Below, piece after piece: positions 1 through 15,500 of a stretch of DNA of 64,000 nt. Origin of the DNA: Piromyces finnis finn (Eukaryota; Fungi; Neocallimastigomycota); the NCBI GenBank assembly GCA_002104945.1, contig MCFH01000002.1, positions 434,001-498,000 on the forward strand, given 5' to 3'. How positions within the stretch are numbered: the stretch's first letter is position 1; every line of letters starts with the position of its first letter. A model generated the notes under the pieces. It searched no databases and was not told the DNA's origin. It saw nothing but the letters and a program-made list of their open reading frames with translations. Both the position numbers and the translations under genes were made by a program.

Positions 1-121
1 TAAAATACAAAAGTATTTTAAATGTTATTATAAAATTTAATATAATAACAAAATAGAATATTTGTAAATAGAATTGAAAATTTCAATATAAAATAATTAT
101 ATAATATTATTTTTATAAAAA

Positions 122-3100
122 ATGGAAAATGAACAAGAACAAATTATTATGAACACAGAGGATATTACCTCTAGTAGTTGGAATGAGAAGAAATGGTTAT
201 GGGTATTTATAATAAATTAATAATAATAAAAAAAAATAGTATCATAATATTAATAAATATCTTTATTAAAGATTCCAGATCCAGAGGAAGGATATGTTGC
301 ATGTGAAGTATTAAAAGAAAATGGTGAAGAATTAAAAGTCAAAATTGTTAATGGACCTGTAAAATATCATGTTAAATATAACAATTAATATCTATTTTGT
401 TTAGTTAACTTTTTTTTTTAATTTTTTTATTATAAAAATAAAAATATAATTAGGAAAAAATTGTAAATATAAACGAAACAGAAAAAATGAATCCACCAAA
501 ATTTGATAGAGTTCCTGATATGGCAGATCTTAGTAATTTAAATGAACCATCTGTTATTCATAATTTAAGATTAAGATACTATTCTAATATGATTTATGTA
601 ATAATTCTATTCCTTTTTGGAAAAAAATTAATAAATATAAATATATATATATAGATTATAATAAATTTATTTTTAATCTATAAATTATGATATGTTATAG
701 AGTTATTCAGGTCTTTTTTTGGTATCAATTAACCCATATAAAAACCTTCCAATCTATAATGATGAAATTATTAAATCATATAAAAATATGAAAAGAGCTG
801 ATATGCCTCCACATATATATGCAATTTCCGATCTTGCCTATCGTAATTTACTTCAAAATAAAGAAAATCAATCCATTCTTATTACGTAACTATTATATAT
901 TAATTGTATTTTAATTCATTATTTTTTACTTATGTGATATATCATATCTATTATAATTAATATTAAAGTGGTGAATCTGGTGCTGGTAAAACGGAAAATA
1001 CTAAAAAGGTTATTCAATATTTAGCAGAAATTGCCGGAGGAAAAATTATTGTTAATGAAAATACAAAAGATGTTTCTAGTAAGAAAATTAGAAGATTGTC
1101 AAATGCTACAAAAGGAAAGCAATTCATTGGTTCATTAGAAGAGCAAATCCTTCAAGCTAATCCAATTTTAGAAGCTTTCGGTAACGCACAAACTGTCAAA
1201 AATAATAACTCATCTCGTTTCGTAAGTATATAATATTTTTTTTCATCTAATTTATATATTAATATCTTTAAAATTTAATGGTTTATTTTGTTTGAAATTA
1301 TTCATTCATTATAGGGAAAATTTATTAGAATTGAATTTCTTCCTTCTGGTTATATTGGTGGTGCAAAGATCGAAAAATATTTATTTGAAAAATCTAGAGT
1401 AACTTATCAAACTAATAAAGAAAGAAATTATCATATTTTCTATCAGTTAATTAAAGGTGCTTCAAAAGAAACAAAGGATAAATTACTTTTAAGTGATTCC
1501 TTAGATGATTATAAATATATTAAGAATTCAAAAAAAACTATTGAAGGAGTTGATGATGTTGAAGAATTTGAATTATTAAAAGTAATTATTATTATTATTA
1601 TTATTATTATTAAATATTTATTTAAATATGATTTATATAATATATATATTTATAAATAAACCATATTATATAAAATAAAAATAGGAATCTATGCTCATTA
1701 TGGGTATTGATGAAGAAGAACAATTGAATTTCTATAAAATTATTGCTGTTATTCTTCATTTGGGTAACATTAATTTAACAAAAGATAGAAATGATCAGGC
1801 ATTATTAGCTGATACAGTTGATATTGAAAAAGTATGTCACTTATTAGAAGTGTCCGTTGATGACTTTACAAGAGGTTTATTAAAACCAAAGATTAAGGCT
1901 GGTAGAGATTGGATTACTCAAGCTAAAGATGTTACTCAAGTACAATATTCTATTGGTGCTTTCGCAAGAGCTTTATACGATAGAATGTTTAAATATTTAA
2001 TTACTTGCATTAATAAAATTTTAGATAAATCAAATTCAAATTCATCATTTATTGGTGTTCTTGATATTGCTGGTTTTGAAATTTTCGAGGTATATATATA
2101 TTTATACATAAATTCTTAATTATTTTAAATCAAAATACATTATTAATATATACTAATCTAAATTTAAATAATAATAGAATAACAGTTTCGAACAATTATG
2201 TATTAATTATACTAACGAAAAACTACAACAATACTTTAATCATCATATGTTTATTATGGAACAAGAAGAGTATTTAAGAGAAGGAATTGAATGGAAATTC
2301 ATTGATTTTGGTTTAGATTTACAACCAACAATTGATATTATTGAAAAAACATCGGTACATTTTAATTTTAAATTTCTAGAAGATAATATTTATTTATACT
2401 ATCAAGAAATAAAAATATAGTTTAAATAATTCAACTTTTAACACTTTTTATTTTTTATTTAAATATATATATATTATAAAAATTAAATAGCCAATTGGTA
2501 TATTTTCTTGTTTAGATGAAGAATGTGTTATGCCAAAGGCAACCGATGAAACATTTATTAGTAAATTAAATACTTTATGGAAAGATAAATCTAGTAAATA
2601 TGAAGTACCACGTTTCAATAAAGGATTTATTCTTCATCACTATGCTGGTAAGGTTGAATATGATACTCAAGGTTGGTTAGATAAAAATAAGGATCCATTA
2701 AATGAAGAAATAACAAAAATGGTAGCCAATTCACCAAACAAGTTTGTTTCTAATTTATTCCCTGATTATCAAGATTCAAGCTCAAACAATGAACCACAAA
2801 AATTCTCAAGAATTAAGAAAGGTTTATTTAGAACATTTGCTCAAATTCACAAGGATCAATTAATTGATTTAATGGAAAAATTAAATTCAACTCAACCTCA
2901 TTTTGTACGTTGTATACTTCCAAATACTGAAAAGAAGCCATTGAAGTTTAATAATATTCTTGTACTTAATCAATTAAAATGTAATGGTGTATTAGAAGGT
3001 ATTAGAATTTGTCGTGCTGGTTTTCCAAATAAAATTACTTTCTCTGATTTCAGAGCTAGATATGAACTTTTGGCTTCAAAAGAAATTCCAAATGGTTTTA

Positions 3101-6100
3101 TGGATGGAAAAAAGACTGCTCAAATTATATTAGAACATATTAACCTTGATCCAAATAGATATAGAATAGGTAATAGTAAGGTTTACTTTAGAGCTGGTGT
3201 GGTAAGTTTAAACATATATTTACTATAAATATTCGATATTTGATGTATATTAAAAAGCATTATATATATTATTTTTGATAAATAATTTATTAAATATATA
3301 AAGTTGGCTGAATTGGAAGAATTAAGAGATAATTGTCTTTCAAAGAGTGTTACATTAATTCAAACAGTTTGGAGAGGTTATTCATCAAGAAAAAAATTTA
3401 CATCTTTACTTAATAAACTTAGAGCTATTCAAGTAATTCAAAGAAATGCAAGAGTTTATGTTGCTTTGAGGGAATGGTCATGGTGGAAGTTATATACTAA
3501 AGTAAGACCCTTATTAAATGTTTCAAGAGTAGATGAAGAAATGAAGAAAAAAGAAAACTTAATAAAAGAATTAGAAGAAAAGGTTAACAATGAAACGAGT
3601 CAAAAACAAAAATTAGAAGCGACTCAAAAAGATTTGGAATCCAGAATTACTGAATTAGAAAATATTATTAACAGTGAAAGAAGAGCAGCTGCTGATCAAG
3701 AAGAAATATTTAATAGAGCTCAAGAAAAGATAGAAAGTCTTGAAGAAGATTTAAAGTTGACAAATAGTGAATTGGAAAATGCTGAAAATCAATTTAAGGA
3801 TTCCATGAAAAAAAATAGTGAATATGAAGAGGAACTTAAGAATTTAAAGATTTCATTGAATGAACAAATTATTAAAACAAATAAAAGTGATACAGAGAAA
3901 GCTATGAAAGATCAACAAATTGAGCAATTTAAATTAGATATAGAAGCAAATAATGAATCAATTTCAAAACTTCAAGAATTAAAAGAGAAATATGAAGCAG
4001 AAATTAATCAATTACATGAAAACATTAACGCCATTGAAGGAAGTAAGAATGAGTTAGAAAGCAATAAATCAAAACTTCAAAACACTTTAGTTTTAACTCA
4101 ACAATATTTGTCTGAAGAAGAAAATAAAAATACCAATCTACATAATGAAAACAATAATATGAAAAAAGAATTAAACAAAATAAAAGAAATGCTAGATGAA
4201 ACATCAAATAATAAGTCTAAGCTTGAAGAAGATCTTACTTCTAGAAATAAGGAAATTAATGATTTAAATGAAAAATTGCAAAATGAATTAAATGAAAAGG
4301 AAGCATTAGAGAAAAAGTTGAAAGACATTACAATCAAGCTTCAAACAAGTGAAGCTAACTATCTTAATGAAGTTTCTGAAAAAGAAAAAGAAATTTTCCA
4401 AAAGAAAAACTTAGAGAAGGAGATTAATGAACTTCATGATCTTATTCAAATTAAAGGTGATGAAGAAACTAAGCAAAGTGAAGCAAATAGAATAAGGGAA
4501 AATGAAATTCAAAACTTAAGAATTCAACTGAGTAATCTTCAAGCTGATTACGATAATTTAAGAAGAACGAGTAATTCAACAATAGAAAAATTAAGATTTA
4601 CTCTTCAAGATTCTAAAGAAGATTATGATAAATTAATGGCTCAAAAACAAAAATGTGATCAAACTATTTCAGAACTTAATGAACAAACCAATAAATTAAA
4701 TGAAGACATTAATAATGCTGAAAAAGATAAACGTTCATTAAATAATAATTTAAATTCTGCAAACAACAAAATCACTGCTTTAGAAGATGAAATTGCTCAA
4801 ATGAAAGAACAAGATGAAAGAAAAGCTCAACAAATTTCATCCTTAAATACTAAAATCGATGAGTATGAAAAATCAAATCTAAATTTAGATCATGATAGAT
4901 CAAGCTTATCACGTCAAAATAACGCTCTTCAAAATGAACTTGATCAAGAAAGAGAAAAGAATGAAAACTTAGAAAGTATGAATTATAAATTAAAATCTAA
5001 TATTAGTGATTTACAAAGTAGAATTGAACAAGAAGAATCAAGTAAGTTAGACGCTCAACATCAACTCCAATTAAAGAATGATGAATTAGAATTATATAAA
5101 AAGAATAGTGAAAAAGAAATGGAAAAATTAAAAACAAATTCTGATACAAACAAACAAAAATTAGAAGAAACAATTAAGGAATTAAGAGATCAAATATCTA
5201 CTTTAGAAATTAATAATAAATCTTTGGAAAAGGCTAAGGTTCGTTTAACTGCTGAAAATGAAGATCTTCGTCATGAGATTGAATGCCAAAGCAACACCAC
5301 TCGTGCTGCAGAAAAGAAAGCAAAACAAATAGAAAACCAAGTTTCTCAATTGAATTTAGTACTTGAAAGTGAAAAGAAAAAGAATGAACTATCCGAATCT
5401 AATATTAGAAAGTTAAATTTACAAATAGAAATGTTGAATAGTAATATTGATGATAAGAATCAACAAATTAATTCATTGAATAATGCAAAGGCCGAAATGG
5501 AAAGTGAACTTCAATCCTTAATTGATGAAGTTGGAGATGGTGGTAAAAATGTTATTGAATTGGAGAAAACTGTTAAAAAGTTACAAAATGAAATTGATAG
5601 CCTAAAATCTCAAATTGAAGAGATGGAAGAAACGAATAATCAAATAACTACTATGAAAGAAAATGCAGAAAATCAATTAGTAGAATATCGTAAAAAAATG
5701 CAAGGTGAATTAGATGCAAAGGACTCTCAAATGGATGAAATGAGACGTATGTTATTAAAAGAAGTTAATGCCCTTGGTGAACAATTAGATGAGGTTACTA
5801 CACAAAAGAATGATTTGTTAAAATCTAAGAAAAGATTAGAAATGGAATTAGAATCCTTAACATCTAATATTGATAATACTGAAAGATCAAGAATTGATTA
5901 TGAAAAAGCTAAAAAGAAGGCTGAACAAACTATTAAAGAACTTACTGCTACACTTGAAGCAAAGGATAGAGAATGTAGAAATTACATTGAAGTAGCCAAA
6001 ATTCATGAACAAAAGTCAAATAGTATGCAAACTGAATTAGAAAATGTTACTAACATTTTAAGTTCCTCTGAAAAGTCACGCGACCAATTAAAGAATCAAG

Positions 6101-8397
6101 TTGATAGTCTTTCCAAGGAATTAGATGATAATATGATTGAAATAGATAACTTATATAGTGCTAAGAAGAATCTTGAAAAACAAGTGTTTGACTTAAAGGT
6201 TGAATTAGAAAGTTCTGAAGACAGGGTTAGAAGTTTGGAAGACAATGTTGGAGATATGAATACCGATGAAATTAAGTCAAAGATTAAATTAGAATATGAA
6301 GAAAAACTTGAAAAATTAAATGAATCAAGAAGAGCTCTTTTAGCTTCTCAACGTCTCCAACAACAAGAAATTGAAGAAAAGAATAAAGATATTAGATCTT
6401 TAGAAAATCAAAAGAATATATTACAAAATGACATTGATGATTTGAATTCTAAACTTGAAGAAGAAATTTTAAGAAGAAATGAGGAAGAAAATTCCAAGAA
6501 TAAGGTTATATCTGAACTTAACACTACTCAAGAAAAATTATTTAATGAAACTAATAAGAATAAAGAATTATTCGATTCAGTTACCTTCTATAAGAATAAA
6601 TCTGATAAATACTTAGCTAAACTTGAAATTGCAGAACTTTCTAAGATTAAAACCGAAAAATCAGAAAGTATGCTTAAGATTAAGTTAAGAGATACTGAAG
6701 ATAATTTACAAACTACTTTACAAGAAGTAAAACATTTAGATGAAAGAAATAAATTATTAGAGAAAGAATTATTAGAAATACAAGATAAGATGGTTGAAGA
6801 TTCACTTGATTTAAATGATGCTCTTACCGAAAATCAATTAATTAAACAAGAACTTGCAGACTTAAAGGATAAATACAAAGAGGATGTTACTGAAAGTGAA
6901 GATGCTATGACTGAATTAAGAAAAAGATTCGGAAAAGAAAATCAAGTTCTCCGCACTGAATTAGATATGGAAAGATCAAACTTTATTAAGATTAGAGAAG
7001 ATAAAAGAAAGCTTGAAATGGAATTAGATAATGCAAATGATAAATTAACAAAGGAAATTTGTGATAGAATGAACTGGACAAGAGAAAAAGAAAAGGCTTA
7101 CGAAAAAATTGATGAATTATCACAAGCATGTTTAGAAGCTACTACTCAACAAGATGAATTAAGAAACCAAATTGGATTACAAACATCTGAAATCCGTGAA
7201 TTAAAGAATAGTTTAGAAGATTCAGAATCTAAAAATACAAGTATAATAAAAGAAAAGCATGCTTTAGAACATGAAATAGAAGAATTAAATGAAAAACTTT
7301 CTGATATAGATAGTAAGAATAAATTCTATGAAGAGCAAATTGAAGAACATAAAGCTAAGATTGATGAATTGAATGATACCCTTGAAGAACAAACAATAAA
7401 GGTTAATGAAATGAACGAAAAATTACTTAAAGCTGAAAATGAAGCAGCAGAAGCATCTACTCGTTTAGAAAGAGAGAAAAAAGAAAGTCTTGACGTTGAA
7501 AAGAACAAATACGAATTAGAAAGAGAAATTACCGATTTGAATGCAAAATTATTTGATTTAGAAAATTATGTTGTTCCAGATAGTAAGAAAACAATTAGTA
7601 AATTAGAAAAGAGAATTAATGAATTAACAAATAAATTAGAAGTAATTACAAAAGAAAAGACTCAATACTCTCAAAATGTTAGAGCAAATGAAAGAACAAT
7701 ACGTGAATTACAACTTCAATTAAATGAAAAGAATAAAATGCTAGAAAAATTAGAAGAACAGAAACAAAAGACAGATGAAAAGATGAAAGAATTTAAGAAT
7801 AATTTATCAGAAGCTGTATATACAAAAATATATATTAATAAATATGTAAAATATATATATAAACATTCCATAACTAATAATTAAATTTTTTAAAAATTAT
7901 AGGAAATTACTATCAATAACCTGAAAATTAAGCGTCATCATCTTAAGAAAAAGGTTATCGATTACCAAGAAAAATTAGCAAGGTAATTTTTTTTATTTTT
8001 TTAAATATTACTGATTTATATAGAATTATAAAAATAATTATTTACATTTTCAATATTTATTTTTTATACAAGTTATGAAAGCTCTGGACCAATAGCTCCA
8101 AAGCAACTTAGTGGTAGTAAGGATGATAACTTAAATAATGTTGAAGATCCAAAATCAGTGTCTAGTTCAATATCAAATATTGCCAATTCTAGAATGAGTT
8201 TATTAGGTAGTGATATGGATGAATCTGATATGCCTCAAACCAGTTTTAATAACGAACAAAATGACGATTTAGAAACTGGTATTAATGATATGTCACCAAT
8301 TAATTCTAATATCAGTTCTAAAAGACCAAGTATGGCTAATATTGAAGATACACAAAAAGAAAGTACACTCTTACCACCACAACCTGAAGGAAATTAA
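122..8397 (+). CDS. MYO1: Class II myosin heavy chain (multi-exon: motor domain, IQ region, long coiled-coil tail)
   Basis: Spliced exons give [39 protein letters not shown] (P-loop), NNNSSRFGKF (switch I), [13 protein letters not shown] (switch II), [15 protein letters not shown] and [22 protein letters not shown]; ~1500-aa coiled-coil exon 3304-~7816; GT-AG introns. Symbol follows S. cerevisiae naming for class II. Confidence 0.95.
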
Positions 8398-8685
8398 ATT
8401 TCTAAATTTCATTACCCTTATTAAAATATATTTTCTATTTTCTATTTTTTAATATTATAATATCAATAATAATATTAATAATATTATTAAATATAATTTT
8501 AAAATTAAATGAAAATAAACTATTTTTTTTCTTTTTAATCCAACAAGTAAAATCATATAATCAAGTTTTTTTATAATGTATATTTTCTATTAATGTAACA
8601 TTAACTTTAATTATTAATAAAAATTTTTTTAAATATTTTAATATTTTTTTTCATTTTTTTAAAAAAAAAAAAAAAAAGAATAAAA

Positions 8686-11177
8686 ATGAATCAATACTAT
8701 GAATTATTAAATAGTAATGTTTATGATAAAAAGAATATAGTAAGTTTTTATATTCATTTCATTTATTTAATAAAAATATAAATAAGAATTTAATTTTTTT
8801 TTCCCAAAATATTAATAAGGTAACATATAGATGGTTAAGTCGAAAGATAAATGTGAATGTTAATCAAGCAAAAGAGTAATAATAACTATATTGTTTTAAT
8901 TCTTTTTATTATTATTATTATTATTATTTTATTTTTTCTTTATGTTTAAATTACCTTTGTAAGGAAAAAGAAAAAAATAAAGTAATATAATATAATGTTA
9001 TATATTTAATGTAAATTAATTTCCTTTTAAAAATGTATATGAATACTTTTTCAAATTAGAATTCTATATGAATTCAAAGCCAGTGAAAATGATAAAATTC
9101 ATTGTGTTTATTGTATTTCAGGACAACTTATAAAAAACAATGAATTATCAATTGAACTTATACCAGAGGAAAAGTTGGAAGGTTTATACATAATAATATA
9201 AAAAAATATTTAGAAATATATATATGTATAGAATTTAACTTATATAACTTAAATTATTTTCTTTATTACCAAATTTTTTATAAATATATGTCAAAATTGT
9301 CAAAATTATAAGAAACAAAACAAAAATTCCAAAATTACTTTATTCATATTTATAGTGTTGAAGCTCAAAGTTTAAAAGTATTTCTGTTACTTAAAATTAA
9401 CAAAATTAAAAAGATTTACATTAAATGAATTTTTTTTTTAAATGTTTGAATATTATTGAAAAAAAAATATATTATACAGGAATTAGATCCATTAATTGCA
9501 GAAAATTATGATATAATTAACAATATTGATGATAATCTACAAGAGTATAATACTTTTTATTCCAATATTATAAATTATAAATTAATAAAAATTGAAATGT
9601 TAAATAGTAACAAAATTTATTTCGGAATTATATTATTTTATTTAAAAAAAAGTTATTCCATGATTCATTGTGATTATATACATAAAAGAGAAAGAAAAAT
9701 AGAAGGTACATCTATTGATGATATACAAAATGAAAAACCAGAATCCTCTATTAATTCTAAGTTTAATAACAGTAATAATAGTTTAAAGGTATTGAAAATT
9801 TAAACAATTAATAATGAATTTGCGTAATAAGAATAAATACTAATTATAGTGCATTGATATTTATAATTAATTAGGATATTAAAAAAGAAAAGAATGATTT
9901 ACTCAAAAAAATATCAAAGTGAGCTTAAATAATTATTTAAAATATATTATAATTTATAAAATACATAAATAAAATATATATATAATGGCATTACTGCTTC
10001 ATTATTATTTAATATAAAAATTAAAAATGAATATATTTATCATTAATTATATTTAAATAGTAATAAAAAAGCTAGCAAAGCTAAAGATGCTAAGGCATCA
10101 TTCTTTGAAAAGTTTAAAACAAAATCAGTGTTTGAAGCTGATAATGATGTTTCAAATAAGAAGCAAATAAAGAAAGAAATCAAAAGTTCAATGGATAAAT
10201 TCTTAAAAGACAAAGATACCGTAACTTCAGTAAAGAAGGAAGAAGAAATTTCTGAAGAAAAAGCTGAACCAATGAAAATAGATGTAGAAGAACCAAAAAT
10301 AACAAAAGAAAAAAAAATAAAAATGATAGAAGAAGAAAATAAGAATATGGAAGTTGACAAGGGTAAACAATATAATTCATTAAATAATATATTGTTTTCT
10401 TGAAATCTTTATTATAACGCTAATTATTATTTTTTTTAATAAAACATTTCCTTTTATTAATATATTTAATAAATATTAAAGAAATTGAAGAAGAAAATGA
10501 AAGATTAAGACATTTATTTGATGATGATGATTTATCTACACCAATAAATAGACCATCTGGTAATAAGAAGATTGTTATAGATGATGATGATGATGATGAT
10601 GATGAAGAGGAAGAAAATGAAGTTGAAGACGACAATTATAATATTATTTCAAATGAACTTGAGGAAAAACCAAAAAAATTAGTTAAATCAGGTAAATATT
10701 TGTTATTTTATAAAACAATATATAAATATTATATTAATTTTATTTTTTATATTACAATTACAAAAAAAAAAAAAAAAAAAAAAAAAGATGACCCAAGAGA
10801 AAAAGGAAGAAAAAGATATAGAGTTGTTAAATCAAAAACATATATTGATGATAAAGGATATTTAGGTAATTATTTTAATTAATTATTCATTATTAATTAT
10901 TATTTATTATTTATTATAAGTTATTAACACAATAAAAAAAAAATAATTATTCTCAAAATTAAAAGTTACAGAAGATGTTTCAGACTGGGAATCAGCAAGT
11001 GATAATGAAGAAACTATTGTACAAAAACCAAAACAAAAATCATTATTTGATATGCATAATCATAATAAAAGAAAAAATGACGATACTGATAATGATAATG
11101 ATAAAAAAGTTAAAAAGAGAAAGGGAGGAACAGAAAAGACACAAAAATCTATTCTTAGTTTCTTTGGAAAGCGTTAA
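8686..11177 (+). CDS. POL32: DNA polymerase delta subunit 3 (Pol32/Cdc27/POLD3), multi-exon
   Basis: N-terminal MNQYYELL...VTYRWLSRKINVNVNQAK; C-terminal VVKSKTYIDDKGYL-VTEDVSDWES and terminal PIP box QKSILSFFGKR*; internal exon boundaries partly inferred. Confidence 0.88.
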
Positions 11178-11995
11178 AACAGAATAATAATAATAATAAT
11201 AATAATATCATATTCATTTTAAAATACTCGATTCTATTTCATATTTTTGATATTACCATTCCATATATTAATATATTATTTATTTTATATTAACAATATA
11301 TGTTATAATTTTCATTTCAGCACAAATATATAAATATTTTTAAGATAAAAAGTAATGTAATTAATATATATATTCAAAACAAATTGTAAATGGAAACATT
11401 ATTATTGAAAAAAAGAAAACGAATGTAAAAGTATAATGTAAATTATTTATTTTTAATTTCTATTTATTTTATTTTTACCTTCCCTGCATATATATAGATA
11501 ATGAAATTGAACTTTAGTAATAATAACAAAATAAAAAAATAATTACAGAAGATAATATTTATTAATTTGTGTAACAATCAATTTTTTAAAAATAAAAGAA
11601 AATAACATATTAATATGGATAAAAATATAAAATATCAATAATTAATATTTATTTATACATATTATCTATATGAATTAATAATTTAGAAAATCCATTTAGT
11701 CTTAGGCATTAATTGGTATAGCTCATTTATATCAACGTTATTTTCCTATTTAATTATATCATTGTAATGAATACGCAAATTATTAAAATAATCAATATAT
11801 ATATATTTTTATTTCCTTTTTAGCAACATTATTTAAATGATTTTTTATTATTAAAACTTTTACATAATCCTAAAAGAATTTTTTTAATTTCATTTAGAAT
11901 TATTTCTACATAATTATTTATCCTTTAATGCAAATATTTAGTATCTATATTTTATTATTATAGATATGGATACTTTATGTTCTGGCTTTTTTCAC

Positions 11996-11996
<1 letters not shown>

Positions 11997-12066
<70 letters not shown>
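11997..12066. repeat. (ATT)n microsatellite, about 23 units
   Basis: Continuous ttattatta... tract; produces the spurious poly-Leu ORF 11977-12177. Confidence 0.9.
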
Positions 12067-12067
<1 letters not shown>

Positions 12068-12578
12068 CCAATAATTTACTATTTATTTTATCTTTTTTTT
12101 TTTTTTTTTTTTTTTTAATTTTTACCATTATTCATACATACTACACTAAATACACACTTACCTATAATATTTTATAAGCTGATGAATCCAATTATGCAAA
12201 AATTAATTTTAGGATATTACAAATGAAAAATAACAGATTGAAAAACACATATAAATTATATATAAAATATTTATGATTTATTTAAACTTAAATTATTTTA
12301 CATTATTTAGAATGAAGCATATTAATGAAAAAAAAAAAAAAAAAAAAAAAATTAAAAATAATAGATTACGCAAAATACTTTTTATAAATATTTATTTAGT
12401 CTAATATTATATAACAACTTTATTTAAAATATGAAACATGAATAAAATTATAAATTATTTATAAAAAAAAAAAATAAAATAAATAAAAAATAAAAATAAT
12501 TATGAAATTTATTGAAAGGTAAATAATGTAATATAAAACATTTGATTATATTGAATATTTATATGGTATTGATTTCTT

Positions 12579-15500
12579 TTAATTTGATTCTGGATTTTTT
12601 TCTTCAACTATAACACTTTCAGATGTTTGATGTTCTTCTTTATATTTATTTAATTTAGCTTTGTATTGTTCATTCTTTTTTCTTTCAATTTCTTTTCTTG
12701 CATTTTCGAAAACTTCATATTTTTTTTCTTCATCTTCATAACTACTGATACTTGATATGCTACCAGATTTTTCATAAACATCTTCATCATCATCACCATC
12801 TAAATGAGAATCAAATAATAAATTGGTATCGGTGATCTTTGCACTTTCATTAATTTGATTATAAAGTTCATTAAGATAAGATGGTGAAGTTGGAGCTGTT
12901 AATCTTTCTTTAAGAGATGCTTGATCTTCTTCTTCAATATTTAAAGTAGAAAGAGCAGGTGGTACGTTTCTTCTCTTACTACTAAAACTTTCACTTCTAT
13001 GATATTTTTCTCTAATAGAGACTTGTAATACAGGTTGATTTCCTGGTAATTGCTTCAAATTTATTAATTCTTCTTCTGGAATTTTTAAAGTTGGTTGATT
13101 ACTTGGAAGTTTTTTTACTTCGTATAATTCTTTTTCGGAGGATGAATCACTTTCATCAGCTTCCATTATAAAAGAAGCAGTATCTTCATCATTACTCTTT
13201 ACAATTTCACTTTGTATGTTTTCATGTGAAAGTTTAACCACTAACTTTGGCATTGTACTTTTAATTTCAATTGGTGTAATAACTGGTTCATTTTTTAATT
13301 GATGTTCTTGACTAGCATTGTTATCTTCTGGAGTAGTATTTACTACTAATTTTGGTAATGTTGTTGTAATTTCCTTTGGTTTACAAAATTCTTCAACTTC
13401 TTTTCTTAATCTTTCTCTTTCTAAGGCTTCTTCCCTTTCAATTTCCAATAATTCTTCTTCAGATGGAGTTAAATGACTTTGAGTACTTTGACGTCTTTGT
13501 GGAGCCGGTGATTGAGTTGGAGTAAAGGATTTAAACCAATTACCAAACTTTCTAAAACCACTTCCAGAATCACTAGTCATACTTTTACTTTTACGAAGGG
13601 TAATATTTTCAAGTTTTTCATTTTCTTTTTCCATTTTTTCCTTTTCTTCTTCCATTTTCATACCTTCTTCTCTACTTAATCTTTCCTTTTCATTACTTTC
13701 TTCTTCAGTTTCGAAGGTATCACTTGTCACAATAAAACCGAATTTCTTTAAAATAAGTGGAATTTTTCTTCTGTAATCCAAGTGACCATTAACAATTTCA
13801 TCTAAACAAATATTTTCAATACGATCAACTGGAATTGGAGCTAAACCAGCAACTGTACTAAAACTACCACTACTAGCTCTATATAAGAAACCAAGAACCC
13901 AATCATGAGTTATATATCCATTTACGAATCTACCACTAACAACAGAACAACATTGTTCCCAGTCTTTTTTGGACTCCATTACTGGAGTACCAATAATAAA
14001 TACATCTTCAACGATTCCATACATATTCTTTTCAGCTAATTCTCTAAGACAATAATAAATAACTCTTGCACCAAGAGAATAACCAATTAATGTTACTGGT
14101 CTATTTTCTTGATAATTACCAATTAATGTATCTGCTAATACTAAACCCGTTTTTTGTGCTTTACTTAAACCAATACCCCATGGATTATCTACAGTATAAT
14201 TTAACTTCATCATCCATATTGGTAATGACATTGCAGCAATCACAGGAAGAATAGTTGCACCTAATAATTGCTTCATACCAATACCAAATAACTATATAAT
14301 AAAATGATTGGTAAAAAGAAAAAAGAGATGGACTTTTAATTTTCATTTCCTTTTAATCTTTTTTATTAATAATAAAAATTAAAACATTTAGACTTACCTC
14401 CGATGCAATGATATTAATAGCATTACCTAATTCTTTAAGTTCTTTAGATTCCCATTGTAAACAATAATGATCACCATAAACATTTTCTGGTAAAACGGAC
14501 CATGGCAAAAAGAAATCATTATTATCCACTGTGGTATTCCAACCAGAAACAGTAATTAAAACATTAATGAAATGATTTTTTGGTTTATCTTCTTCTTCCC
14601 CAGCTTCTTTTGTATTTTGAGATTCATTTGAGGATATTTCTTCGGTTTTATTATCAGTATTATTCTCAATCTTTTCGTTTTCAATGTTTTCATTTTCATT
14701 TTCTTTTTTTTCTTCTTCTATACATTTTACTTCATTATTATTGGTTTCATCCTCTTTATTCAAAGATATACTTTTTCCTTCTTCATATTTCTTTCTCCAA
14801 TTTTCAATCTGTACGAATTCAAATTCAGACACACCTCTTGTACGTTTAGCCATTTTCATACCAGTAAGAGATGCACCTGTAAGAGTACCTGCCGAAGAAA
14901 TTAAGGCAATACCACCAGTTGAACCTAAAAAGGCTGTAGTACCATGAACACCTAAATGAATCATACTAAGAGTAGCACCTAAACCTGTTGAAATCAATGG
15001 AGCCGCTAAGCCTGCTGTTAAACCAATAACAAGACCACCACTAATAGAAGCAAGACCCATATACAACCATCTTTTCTTTTTATATTCCGAGGCACGATTA
15101 TCAATAGAAGTTTCATCACGTCTTAATTCATCTACCTCTTCTTGAGACGATTTAATTTGGAAAATAATTTCTTTTTCAATTTTTATTAAATTATAATCAT
15201 CAACATGTAAAAAGCTAGCAACACGCTTTAATAATGCTCTAGAACGAGCATCATATCTACCATCACCAATACTAAGTAAAAATAAGTGAGAAAGAATAAT
15301 GTAACGTATATCAGAAACTTCTAACATTTCTTTTAAAGTAATATTATAATTCTTTTGTAACTCATCATCTTTTCTTCTTAATTCACTTAATTCTGTAATT
15401 GAAGAAGATGGTGTAGGCGATGATGATCTTTCTATAGAATTGTTTGATTCATCATTAGAATTAGAATAATCAACTTTTTCTTCTTCTATTTTTTGTTCTG

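Noticed and set aside
4025-7508. Antisense ORFs within the myosin tail, and similar antisense or alternate-frame ORFs in TMCO4, ankyrin, VPS8, AMO1 and the LINE
   Set aside because: Shadow ORFs arising from codon bias and repeats of the real genes; no independent motifs.
11977-12177. Poly-Leu ORF (also 61235-61429, and poly-Lys ORF 61953-62195)
   Set aside because: Translations of microsatellites and the poly(A) tail.
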